NCBI GenBank assembly: GCA_023205875.1 | Contig: CP060757.1 | Coordinates: 310,001-374,000, forward strand | Source: Chloropicon primus | Taxonomy: Eukaryota | Direction of reading: 5' to 3' | Length of the DNA stretch: 64,000 nt | Shown: positions 1-12,487 of the stretch, piece after piece | Numbering within the stretch: position 1 is the stretch's first letter | Layout: the number at the start of each line of letters is the position of its first letter | The notes under the pieces: generated by a model | Told to the model about the DNA's origin: nothing | What the model saw: only the letters and a program-made list of their open reading frames with translations | The model's database searches: none | Position numbers and translations under genes: made by a program

Positions 1-1587
1 CTCCATCAGGTCCAAGGCTTCTCCCGGGGGCCCTTCTCCGCCCTCCGAGCTGACCATGTCATCGACAATGACCCTGCTCACCTCGTCGGCATCGACCATG
101 CTGGCGCCGATGATCCCCTTGGCCCCGTGGTTCGCCCAACCGCAGAAATAGACCGGGGCGAGAGTTTTGTTGCCCGAGGTGTCAGAGATGACGTCCCTGT
201 CCAGCGCCCTGGGACTCCCTTCCCTCCCCTCGTGACTCGCTCGCCCTGGGGGGATGCCATCTACGCCAATGCTCCTCTGGCTCGCGGCGATGATCGCCAA
301 CTGAGCCGGGAGCTCAACCTTGGCCGCTCCATCAATTGGCCCCACTTCAAGGGCCTGGTCGTCCACCAACGTCTCTCTCTGCAGCTCGACATGCACGGCA
401 CTGAGGTGTTCCGCTCCGACGAACTCCACCGGCTTGTGCAGAAAGTGAATGAAGAGCTCCTTTCCCGGCGCGTCTTCCCGCACCTCTCCGGAGTCTTTGG
501 AGTGGTGGTCTCTCAAGAGCTTGAACACCCTCTTCTGCATTCTTGTCGCCACCTTTGTAAGCCCGGCAGATTCCTCGAAAGGACCGATGGAGCCGGCACG
601 CCCGCCGTCCTCGCCCCCCCCTTGCGCCGGCACACGAATTCGAGAGACAAAGTGCTCCTCTCTCTTCTGGAGCACCTCCCTGAGCTCCTTTGGGGCAAAC
701 GCAGCGGCTCGGGGCCCCCTCCTGGCGAGAATGTGAACCCGCTTGATCCCGGACAGCGGCGAGCTCTCGCTGGAGAGCAAATCGATGAACCTCTTGGACG
801 TATTCGTTTCCGCGACCAGGCTCTCGGGCGAGGTGAGGAGCAAGCGAGATACGTCCAGAGCAACGTTTCCGGCCCCGACCACAACGACGTCCTCGACCTT
901 TGGGTACTTTGGCCCCACCCCAAACCCACCGTAAAAGTCTTTCTCCATCATTGGGTCCCCGCAGTAGAGCGCCACCAGCTCCCTTGCCGTCATAACGCCC
1001 TTTCCCTTCAGCCTGCCCTCCCCCGCTATCCCTAGCCAGTTCGGGTCGTCAGCTCCGTGTGCGAGGACTATGGCGTCGTACATGGACCTGAGCTCATCGA
1101 GGTGGACATCCCCGCTGCCACCGGACTTGACTTGCACGTTACCAAAGAATCGAACGTTCCCTCCGCCCAGAAAGTTGTCGATGGTCTCCAACACGGCGGA
1201 GACTGATGGAGCGTGGTCCGGTGCCACGCCGTACCTCGCCAGCCCTCCAGGGATCGGCCTCCTGTCGATCACATCAATCCGGACCCCAAGCCCCGGTTTC
1301 GCTTGACTCAGCTTCTTCGCCACACTCTGGGCGCAGTAGATCCCCGCCGGACCCGAACCCACGACGCACACCTTGGCATTCCCTGCCTTGCTGGGACCTG
1401 AACCCTCCCCCCAGGAGAGCGACGAGCAAAGCCCTTTCGTCCCCGATGCGGTGCCCAAGGCGTGACCGAAGACATGATAGCGCCATGTAGCGGTCCGATG
1501 CCTCCCTCCGAAGCCCGATGCCCCACCCAACGCCTCGTGGGAAGGCCTGAGCCCTCCAACCGATTGGCACAACCTCCTGGCTGCCAT
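1..1587 (-). CDS. NADPH:adrenodoxin oxidoreductase (mitochondrial ferredoxin reductase), 3' end runs off the window
   Basis: Not in the ORF track. I translated both ends of the minus frame by hand (middle not fully checked): MAARRLCQS... (transit-like), KVCVVGSGPAGIY (FAD GxGxxG), PIPGGLARYGVAPDH and VYFCGWANHGAKGIIGASMVDA. These are AdR family motifs and lie in the same frame. Confidence 0.9.
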   Translation of the reverse strand, partial: MAARRLCQSVGGLRPSHEALGGASGFGGRHRTATWRYHVFGHALGTASGTKGLCSSLSWGEGSGPSKAGNAKVCVVGSGPAGIYCAQSVAKKLSQAKPGLGVRIDVIDRRPIPGGLARYGVAPDHAPSVSAVLETIDNFLGGGNVRFFGNVQVKSGGSGDVHLDELRSMYDAIVLAHGADDPNWLGIAGEGRLKGKGVMTARELVALYCGDPMMEKDFYGGFGVGPKYPKVEDVVVVGAGNVALDVSRLLLTSPESLVAETNTSKRFIDLLSSESSPLSGIKRVHILARRGPRAAAFAPKELREVLQKREEHFVSRIRVPAQGGGEDGGRAGSIGPFEESAGLTKVATRMQKRVFKLLRDHHSKDSGEVREDAPGKELFIHFLHKPVEFVGAEHLSAVHVELQRETLVDDQALEVGPIDGAAKVELPAQLAIIAASQRSIGVDGIPPGRASHEGREGSPRALDRDVISDTSGNKTLAPVYFCGWANHGAKGIIGASMVDADEVSRVIVDDMVSSEGGEGPPGEALDLME

Positions 1588-1623
1588 CTCTGTCTCAGTC
1601 TCAGTCTCAGGAAGGCGTTGGCG

Positions 1624-2817
1624 ATGGCGATGGCGACGGAGTGCAGGGGAAGGGCGGAAGGGCGAGGGAGGAGGGGGGCGACGGGATCGAGGATGTCAGG
1701 CAGCTCTAGAGTCGCTTCATCGAGGAATTGGGTGTGGACGAGGGCTGCGGCGTCGAACAGGGGGAAGACGTGGAAGGGGAGTGAAAGGGTTGGGAGGCAG
1801 AGGCAGGTGCGTGCGAGGGGGTTCAAGTTCGAGGACGTGAGTGAGGAGGGGGTGGGGGTGGATGAGTTGGATCTTTTCTCTCCCGCGAAGATCAACCTAT
1901 TCCTGCGGATCACAAAGCGGAGGCCGGACGGGTTTCACGAGCTGGCGTCTTTGTTTCAGACGATAGCGTTTGGGGACACCATGAAGATCTCCAAGCTGGC
2001 TTCGAACGCTTTGGAGGACGAGATCTTGTGCAGCGACCCTTCCGTTCCCTGCGACAAGCGTAACCTGGTCTGGAAAGCCGCTGACCTGTTCAGGGAGAAG
2101 ACGGGCTCGACGCAGAAGTTCAAGATAGACTTGAGGAAGGAGGTGCCAGCAGGAGCAGGGTTGGGCGGAGGGAGTGGCAACGCTGCGACCATGCTCTGGG
2201 CTGCGAACAAGCTCTGCGATCTGGACCACGGGGACCCGGATCTCTTGGAGTGGAGTGGGGACATTGGGTCAGACATCTCGTTCTTCTTCAGCAGCGGCAC
2301 GGCGTACTGCACCGGCCGCGGAGAGGTGGTGGAGGACATGCCTCCTGCTCTGCCATCCAACTACCCGATCATCCTGATCAAGCCGTCGTCTCCCCTGTCC
2401 ACCGCAGCGGTTTACAAGAAGCTCGACGTCACGAAGTGCTCCGAGGCGGATCCGGAGGAGCTCAAGCGGCGGTTTTACCAGGAGGCCCTCATGGCTTCTT
2501 CCGAAAGGAAGCCTTGCACCGAGCATCCGCAGCAGGAGCTGTGCGTGAACGATCTCGAGCTTCCTGCATTCGAAGAGATGCCGATCCTGCTCAAGGCAAA
2601 GGAGGAGCTCATCGCCAGCGACAAGTACGCCTCGGTCTTCATGTCTGGCAGCGGTTCGACTCTGGTGTGCCTTGGGGCCCACGATCTCGACGAGAATCCA
2701 AGTTTTGAGAAGGAGACGCAAGACCAAGACTGGTTGGCGGTGTTGACTGAGCCCGTGAACAGAACCGCAGGGCAGTGGTACGAAAAATCGATGGAATTGA
2801 GACCAGTGTCCAAGTAG
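1624..2817 (+). CDS. ISPE: 4-diphosphocytidyl-2-C-methyl-D-erythritol kinase, plastid-targeted (start codon uncertain)
   Basis: SPAKINLFLRITKRRPDGFHELASLFQ, PAGAGLGGGSGNAA (GHMP kinase) and VFMSGSGS motifs; Arg/Ser-rich N-terminal extension. Confidence 0.95.
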   Translation: MAMATECRGRAEGRGRRGATGSRMSGSSRVASSRNWVWTRAAASNRGKTWKGSERVGRQRQVRARGFKFEDVSEEGVGVDELDLFSPAKINLFLRITKRRPDGFHELASLFQTIAFGDTMKISKLASNALEDEILCSDPSVPCDKRNLVWKAADLFREKTGSTQKFKIDLRKEVPAGAGLGGGSGNAATMLWAANKLCDLDHGDPDLLEWSGDIGSDISFFFSSGTAYCTGRGEVVEDMPPALPSNYPIILIKPSSPLSTAAVYKKLDVTKCSEADPEELKRRFYQEALMASSERKPCTEHPQQELCVNDLELPAFEEMPILLKAKEELIASDKYASVFMSGSGSTLVCLGAHDLDENPSFEKETQDQDWLAVLTEPVNRTAGQWYEKSMELRPVSK

Positions 2818-2900
2818 CGAGGGGTAAGATGTGTGGTTCCTATGATGTGTGTAACAAGCAAGCCTTCGAATGAGGTGAATCTTTTATTCGCTGTTGAGTC

Positions 2901-4604
2901 TCATGCCAGCACGTTGACGAGCAGGGACATGTCTTCGGTTTGAGCCATTCTGACCTCACCCCTGGAGTGCAGCACAAGAGTGTGAAAGAAAACTCTTGCG
3001 ACGTCCGATCTTTTGATGGAATGGGTCGACATGAGCCTTGAGAAGTTGATGGCCGAGCCGGCGTCCCCGTCCCCCTGGCTTTGAGAGGCAAAAAAGTCGA
3101 GGACCTTCGTGCGAGCTTCGGCGGAAAAATCGTAGGGAGAATCGCCTGCGGTCTGGCTCGGTTGGGTCGGGAGCCTCAGCGGCGTGAAAGCGATGTTCTC
3201 GTACTGCCTGCCCAAAGGCAGGTCGAGCTGATCCGCCTCGTTGGTCTCGGGGAGCACGAATTCATCCGTTGGCGGCAGGAGGAAGGGGGCTTGCACGAAT
3301 TCGGGGTTGTCCTGGTCGAATTCGCCCATGACGTCCCTCACGCCGCCCTCCTCCTCCGAGGAGGTGTAGAAGACTGCATCGCTGACCCTTCTCGGACTCA
3401 AGTTGCCGTCCTGCTGACGCAGAATCTCCATCTCGATGTTGCCATCGCTGTTGACTTGGCCTTCGCTGTTCTCCACGGCCGCATCTTCACTCGGGTCAGC
3501 AGAAAACAGGTCCAAGAGCTCGGCGCACGCCTCGCGAAGGATCGAGCTCGAGCTTGCCGCGGCGGACTTCAGGCTCTTTCTCTTGCCGGCCGCGTTTCTC
3601 CTCTCGAGAAGTGGCTGGGAACAGATGATGTCCGAAGCATCCCTCAGCCAGTCCCTGATGGTCTCCCTCGGCAAGGAGATGCTGGACCTGTCAAGGTGAA
3701 CTTTGGTGGACTTCCTTTTCCTCCCCCTGGCCGGTTTCTTCTGGTTGACCACTTGGGCAACCTCAGCCTCCTGCTCCCCACCACGATCCTCGGAGGCCAG
3801 CACCGCGCTTCCCTCGGGCACATGCGGGCCATCGGCGTTCGAGACGTCCGCGGGCTGACTGACCTGCTGCTGGCCGTCCGTCGTAAAGAAAAAGTCCTTC
3901 ATCATGTCGTCTTGGAAGGCCTCCGGCATGTTCCCTTCCCCCTCGTCCGGCATGGGCATGAAGGTGTCCTCGCCGATTTGGATGTCAAGCTGCTGACTCT
4001 CGAGCGAGGACCGGACTCCGCCGGCGTAGCGGTGCGGGCTGTAGCTCATGCTGGAGTCCTCCCTCGCTTTCAGCGCCGATCCAGAGGAGAAGTACTCGAG
4101 AGACCGCTTGTCCAGGCTCTGGCCAAGGTCGCTGGACTCGGGCTGCGTCGACAGAAACTCTTGGAGGAATATCTCCTCCACGTGCTTGGAGACCTCGTTC
4201 CTGGTCTCGTCGCACCTCGTCGACCTGAAGGTCACAGTGTCCTCCGTCTTCGCCGCGGTGTGAGTCCTGGACGTGGCTTGCCTGCTGACCCCGCTCTTCA
4301 GCCGGACCGTGCTCGCGCTCGTCGCCCTGTCAGCCCCGCAGTGCCGCTTCCTGCTCCTTCTCCTCACGGACCGGGCGTCGTCGAGGATGTACTGCTGCTT
4401 CTGGTGGAAGATCAGGATCACCCCGGACATCAAGATCGCGCTCAACCGCAGGGCCAGCGGCACCACGGGGGACATGATCATGTCGCACGTGCGAAGGATG
4501 TCCTCCCTCATGATCTTTTTCTTCCCGATCTTCCTCCCGCACCCGAGCAGCCACGCCGTACTCAAGGGCTGCTTCTTGCCAAGGATCTGGATGCCGAAAA
4601 ACAT
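2901..4604 (-). CDS. Rad21/Rec8-family kleisin, probably meiotic REC8/SYN1 type
   Basis: N-terminal kleisin domain MFFGIQILGKKQPL...VPLALRLSAILMSGV; C-terminal winged helix RSDVARVFFHTLVLH...Q. Confidence 0.85.
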   Translation of the reverse strand: MFFGIQILGKKQPLSTAWLLGCGRKIGKKKIMREDILRTCDMIMSPVVPLALRLSAILMSGVILIFHQKQQYILDDARSVRRRSRKRHCGADRATSASTVRLKSGVSRQATSRTHTAAKTEDTVTFRSTRCDETRNEVSKHVEEIFLQEFLSTQPESSDLGQSLDKRSLEYFSSGSALKAREDSSMSYSPHRYAGGVRSSLESQQLDIQIGEDTFMPMPDEGEGNMPEAFQDDMMKDFFFTTDGQQQVSQPADVSNADGPHVPEGSAVLASEDRGGEQEAEVAQVVNQKKPARGRKRKSTKVHLDRSSISLPRETIRDWLRDASDIICSQPLLERRNAAGKRKSLKSAAASSSSILREACAELLDLFSADPSEDAAVENSEGQVNSDGNIEMEILRQQDGNLSPRRVSDAVFYTSSEEEGGVRDVMGEFDQDNPEFVQAPFLLPPTDEFVLPETNEADQLDLPLGRQYENIAFTPLRLPTQPSQTAGDSPYDFSAEARTKVLDFFASQSQGDGDAGSAINFSRLMSTHSIKRSDVARVFFHTLVLHSRGEVRMAQTEDMSLLVNVLA

Positions 4605-4857
4605 ATCTTCCCAGATAAAAAACTCACGCGCGCCTCCCGCCTCGTCGTCACGAAGGTCACCCGTGCGAAACCTCTTCTCGTCGTCGTCGTCGTCGTCGTG
4701 TCTTGTCGTCGTCGCGATCGATCGATCGCACTTGCTTTTCCTTGTTTTGTTTTTTTTGGGCGGGAGAATTCTTCGCTTTTCAAATAACGGTCGGACAAGC
4801 GTTACGAAAGCGTGGTCACGCTTGCACTCATGGCCATCGCGATCGATCGATGAGGCG

Positions 4858-5353
4858 ATGCCCTTATCGAGGTGAGTGGGACACCGCGGTGGCGTGTGGT
4901 CGACGTCGGTGGCTGACGCTTTCTTCCTTTGTTTGATCGATCAGCAAGAAGGCGAAGTGCAGAGTGGTGAGGAAGTCCGTGATCCCCCCGAAGGAATCGC
5001 AGGAAACGATGGCGAGAGTACTGGAGGAGATCAAGGTTGCCTGCGAGGATGGACTGGTGACCGAGGAGGACTACCTGAAGGCCAAGGCTTCGTTCCTCAA
5101 GCAAAAGCAGAAGCAGATGGAGAGGATTGCGGAGATCAACCAAGACTTCTTGACGCGAAGGTTGGAGAGGGAGCAGGCGATGCACTTTGATCTTCTGCAG
5201 AAGAAGCAGGCCAAGGAGGAGCTCATGCATGCTTACAAGCTCGTTCTGGATTCCAACGTCCTGACGAGGGGGGCCAAGGAGTCCGCGGAGCGCGAGTTCC
5301 TCGTCTCGATGATGGGTGGAAGCCGCCTCGTGGGCTCCGCCGCGAGCGAGTAG
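4858..5353 (+). CDS. Small coiled-coil protein with a SHOCT-like motif; exons 4858-4871 and 4945-5353
   Basis: ATG...AG|GTGAGT donor, CTGAC branch at 4913 and CAG acceptor at 4944 splice in frame (MPLSSKKAKCRVVRKS...). LEEIKVACEDGLVTEEDYLKAKASFL resembles SHOCT. TGTAA lies just after the stop. Confidence 0.6.
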
Positions 5354-5432
5354 TAAGAATGTAAAAATACACGCTGTCTTTTGAGCAACAATACGTTAAG
5401 TTACACGGGTTTTCCTCACCGCCTTCGTCCTC

Positions 5433-7679
<2,247 letters not shown>

Positions 7680-8532
7680 TCAACGACAGGTCGGATCAAC
7701 TCGCTCCCACGCACACGACGCCCGATTCCCCCAAAGGTGCCAAAAGCAAGTGCAGACGCAGACCTTCGCTCTTCACCTACGCACAATTCCAGCGCAATCC
7801 TCGAGTAAGGCACCCACGGAAAGCTCGCGAGACGTATCTTGATCCTGAATGATCCTCGTTTCCTAAGCTCTTCGAACGTAACGCTCCTCGGGAGCTCCAA
7901 TCACCACGACCGCCCCTCCCTTTGCTCTGCTCTCTCTCTCTCTTCGGCGTTCTTTCCTGTGCGGCCGTGAGAGAGATCCTTTACACTCGTCCGGGACCCC
8001 TTCCCAACACACCCTTCTCTACTCTCCCCTTACACCCCTTTTGAACTATTCTATTCTAAACGTTACTTTTCCAATGACTATGGATACGTGTAGTGTACAC
8101 TCGTGTTATCGTCCGCCGCCAGCCGCTTTCTTCGAGAGACGTTTCGCGCTTCGTCGAGAGTAGTTTTCCCTTCTTGTGTCCTGGGAGGAGAGGAAAACCG
8201 AGAGCGAAAGAGAGAAAGAGAGACAAGCCAGAAAAAAGACGACGCACGCGACCGCAAGCGCAAGAGGTGAGTGGTTTTTGCCTCGTTGGTGAGGACGGGG
8301 ACGGGCGAGACGTCGGATGGAAGGGACGCTTTCGAAAGCATCGTCTCTTGCTCTTTCGAAAGAACCTAACCTCGCTCCAAGGTGGACGAGGATGAGGCCA
8401 TGACGAGGTGACTAAAACCTTTCCTTTCTTCTTCTTCTTCCCAAACACTTTGCCTTGCTTGTTGGTTGGTTGGTTCATTCTTTGCTTGCTTGGCGTCGCA
8501 GCAGTGGACAGAGCTAGACAACTAGACGAAAG

Positions 8533-9346
8533 ATGACTACGCAGATCTCCAAGAAGAGGAAGTTCGTCGCCGACGGAGTCTTCTACGCCGTAAGTGCCTT
8601 TGGGGGAGTTTGGTACTCGCCGCCGAGTCCAGTCCCTTGGGACTTGTGTCTCGTCGCATCTCATCGCATCGAGAGAACCACCGTGGGCTGACTCTTTGTT
8701 TTTGTTTTGATTTTTTGCTTAGGAACTCAACGAGATGTTGACTCGTGAGTTGGCGGAGGACGGGTACGCTGGCGTGGACGTGAGGGTGACCCCATTGAGG
8801 ACGGAGATCATCATCAAGGCGACCAGGACCCAGAGCGTCTTGGGTGAGAAGGGAAGGAGAATCCGTGAGCTCGCCTCCGTTGTCCAGAAGAGGTTCAACT
8901 TCGCCGAGGGAACCGTCGAGCTCTACGCCGAGAGGGTTGCCAACCGTGGACTGTGCGCCGTCGCCCAGTGCGAGTCTCTCCGCTACAAGCTTCTCGGAGG
9001 TCTTGCCGTCAGAAGGGCCTGCTACGGTGTCCTCAGGTTCGTCATGGAGAACGGCGCCAAGGGTTGCGAGGTCGTCGTGAGCGGAAAGCTCCGCGCCCAG
9101 AGGGCCAAGGCCATGAAGTTCTCCGACGGATACATGATCTCGTCCGGAGCTCCAGTTAGAGACTACCTGGACGTCGCCGTCCGTCACGTTATGCTCAGGC
9201 AGGGCGTCTTGGGATTGAAGGTCAAAATCATGCTCGACTGGGACCCAAGTGGAAAGATGGGACCCAAGTACCCATTGCCTGATGTCGTCAAGGTGCACAA
9301 GCCAAAGGACGAGGAGGAGACAGTTGCGCCTATTGTCAGCAACTAA
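8533..9346 (+). CDS. RPS3: 40S ribosomal protein S3 (uS3); exons 8533-8589 and 8723-9346
   Basis: [34 protein letters not shown]...[22 protein letters not shown]...TAG intron. A probable 5' UTR intron begins near 8267. Confidence 0.97.
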
Positions 9347-9744
9347 AGCCCCTTTGGTCCTTCTTTGGCTCCTGAGGTCGTCTGCCAGCCTCTTTGGCCT
9401 CTGAGTCCGCCGCGCAAATAGCAGCCAGCACGGTGTGGAGAACCTCGATACACCGTGCGGGTCACGGGCGGACAAAGAGGAAGGGGAGGAGGAACAAGGG
9501 GATTGCAAAGGAAAGGACACGGCTGCACTGCTAGGCAATGATTCATATAAGCCCAACTGTAATCTATTTAGCTGAATAGTTTTTAAACGAACGTTCTCAC
9601 AAGCACTATACCTTCCGACGGGGAGTCTAAAGGCAAGGCCAGGGCGCATCTGTCTTTCTCCTCTTCTCCCCCCCCTCGTCCTCTTCCTCTCAAAATTTTC
9701 CAGGACAGAAGAGAGCGAGAGCGAGAGCGAAGGCGAGGGACGGG

Positions 9745-11032
9745 ATGGCGACGAGTTGGACGAGGAAGAAGGGGACGAGGCGGGTGACGAATGGGTGCAC
9801 CTGCAGCACGAGCTACCTGTGCCGCGACAGAGCGTGGAGGCGAGGAGGTGTCGCCGAGCATGCGACGTGCGTTGCCTCTGGCACGTGGACGACGACGAAG
9901 AAGGCCTTTGTCCCCAGGAACGTTTGTCTCGACGCCCTAAAGGTGAGCTTCCAAGGAGTTCCCGGTGCGTACAGCGAGCAAGCGGCGAAGAAGTGCTACC
10001 CCGATGCGGAGGTCGTGCCTTGCCCGGACTTCGAGACGACGCACAAGCAGGTGGCGGACTCGAGCGTGGACAGGGCAGTCATTCCTGTCGAGAACTCCCT
10101 CGGGGGGAGTATCCACGTGAACTACGACCTTCTGATGAAGTACAGGCTTCACATCACCGGGGAAGTCTACCACAAGGTCAGGCATTGCCTCTTGGCGAAT
10201 CCAGGCGTCGCGAAGGAGGACATCAGGAGGGTCCAGAGCCACCCGCAAGCGCTCGCACAGTGTGACGGTACGTCTCTCTCGGTCTCTCTCTCGGTCTCTC
10301 TCTCGGTCTCGGTCTCTCCGTCCCTAATAGCACGGCGGACAGGGTCGAATGCGAATGGAGCCGCCCACGCTCGCCCTGCGCCTTTCCGCACGCGCGTCGT
10401 TGAGCGCTCGCAAAACTCGAAACTCCCTATCCACTGACTTGTTTTTTTGGCTGCTGCGTTTGTTTGTTGTTGCTGCTGCTGCCAACGCTCTCTTCGCGCG
10501 GTTTGGCGCAGGTTACCTGGATAGCTTGAACGACGGGGTGATCAAGGAGGCAGTCGATGACACCGCCGGGGCGGCTCAGGGCATCTCCCTGGACAAGGAT
10601 TGCAGGGACACGGCAGCGCTGGCGAGCTCCCTCGCCGGGGAGCTCTATGGCCTCGACCTCCTCGACCAGGACTGCCAGGACAACGACCAGAATCTGACGA
10701 GGTTCATCATCCTTTCCAGGGACCCTCTGGCGATAAGCGAGGACAAGGAGTACAAGACCTCCATCGTGTTCACGGCCGGGGACGAGCCGGGCGATCTCTT
10801 CAAAGCCCTGTCCGTTTTCGCGTTGCGAGACATCTATCTGACAAAAATAGAGAACAGGCCCATCCCCCAGTTCATTGTGGAGAGCATGGACAACGAGGAC
10901 CTCTTCCAGAACTTGTTTTACGTGGACTTCAAGGGAAGCTTGAGCGACGAGTCCTGCCAGAACGCCCTGAGGCACCTCAGCGAGGTCTCCGCCTTCATGA
11001 GGATCCTTGGAAGCTACCCCGCTGACGCCTAG
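9745..11032 (+). CDS. ADT: Arogenate/prephenate dehydratase, plastid; intron 10268-10511
   Basis: [35 protein letters not shown] and ACT domain LTKIENRP...FYVDF; the splice joins CDG|YL in frame. Confidence 0.93.
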
Positions 11033-11401
11033 AAGCGCAGGGGAGAGAAAGGAGAGGAGGCCAGAGGGGAGGAGGAGAGGAGGCGGACTTGCGGGGCAGT
11101 TGAGGCTCGATCAGGCCGCGCATTTACTCCCGATAATCCTATCGTTGATCAATCATTAATTAAGTTTCGACCCAGACTTTTTTCCTTGGCAATGGAGAGA
11201 GACGAGAGTGGAGAGGAAGACCGAGCGGAGCGTGGGGGCGGGGGGAGAGGGAAGGCATTGCATCCCAGGTGATTGCCGGGGACTCGACTGACCTTGACGA
11301 TCCCCCCCTTGCCTTGGTGCTGAACTGGTACACTTATTTTTGCGTTATCCGATTCTTGTGGATAGAAAGCGGCTGAAGCGGCGAGGAGAGCGCGAGCGCT
11401 G

Positions 11402-11432
<31 letters not shown>

Positions 11433-11437
11433 AGAGG

Positions 11438-12273
11438 ATGAGCGCGCTTCAAGGGAAGAGAGGGTTGATGGAGGGGTTGAGCTCCAGGGGAAGGGTTGGA
11501 GCGAGGCGGACCCTTCACGTGAGTCGCGCGCTCACCAAGGAAAGAAAGCACGAGGTGGTGACAAAGTTGAAGTCCGAGTTGGAGACGTCCACCGCGGTGG
11601 TCGGTTTTTCCTTCAAGGGCGTGTCGGTTTCGGACATGGAGAAGCTGAGGGGCGACATACCAGATGATGCCGCCCTCGTCGTGGCGAAGAACACGCTCAT
11701 GAAGAAAGCTGCTGAGGAGGTCGACGGATGGTCCGAGGTGGGCCAGTTCTGCACCGGTTCCAACGCTTTCCTCTTCCTCAGAGAGGACCTCAAAACCGGC
11801 TTCAAGGTGAGGCGGAGTGCCGAACGGAGTGGAAAAGGGGCGGAGGACGCGGTTCTCCGCCTTGAACACATACGCACACACATTCCTGTCGAGAGCTACG
11901 TTTGTTTGTTCGTTTTCTGACTCTCTCTCTCTCTTCTCTCTTTCACACACGCACGCACCTTCCCTTCCCTTCCCTTCTTCGTGGCACCCAGGGTTTAAGG
12001 GACTTGGAGAAGACGTACGAGAAGGCAGACTACCCCGTGGAGCTGAACGGAGGATGCTGCGACGGCGACTTTCTCTCGCTAGATGATATCAAGAAGCTGG
12101 AGAAGCTGCCCTCAAAGCTGGAGCTCATCGCAAAGATAGCGTCCATGGTCAACCAAGTGCCAACCAGGCTCGCCGTGGGAGTGAAACAGGTACCCACTAA
12201 GCTGGCGACTGGAATCAAAAAGGTTTCCGAGGGGAATGTGGAGCCAGCAGAGCAGGCGGCGGCCCAGAGCTGA
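11438..12273 (+). CDS. Plastid 50S ribosomal protein L10 (uL10c); intron 11807-11991
   Basis: Transit peptide, then ALTKERKHEVV...VAKNTLM...LPSKLELIAKIA...VPTRLA; in-frame GT-AG splice. Confidence 0.9.
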
Positions 12274-12487
12274 GCCCGGCTCTTCTTGAAAAACCCTCAA
12301 AAAGAAGTCTCCAATATTTTCTGGGATCAGAGGAAGGAAGGAGTTGTAACACTTGTCTATAAACGGAGGAAAGAGAATCCTTTTTTGAAAGGTCGAATTC
12401 CCGTATTTTTAGTGATCCACTTCGCGTCGCGCGCCGCGCTTCTCCCCCCCCCTCCACCGAACCTCTCGGAGGCTCGCCCGGAACCTC

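Noticed and set aside
9536..9576. ATGATT...CTGA as a snoRNA after RPS3
   Set aside because: Too short (~40 nt), no guide recognised, and it contains the TGTAA polyadenylation signal.
11333..11366. ATTTTTG plus hairpin resembling an Sm site of an snRNA
   Set aside because: No U1/U2/U4/U5/U11/U12 signature upstream; it fits an intron 3' end better.
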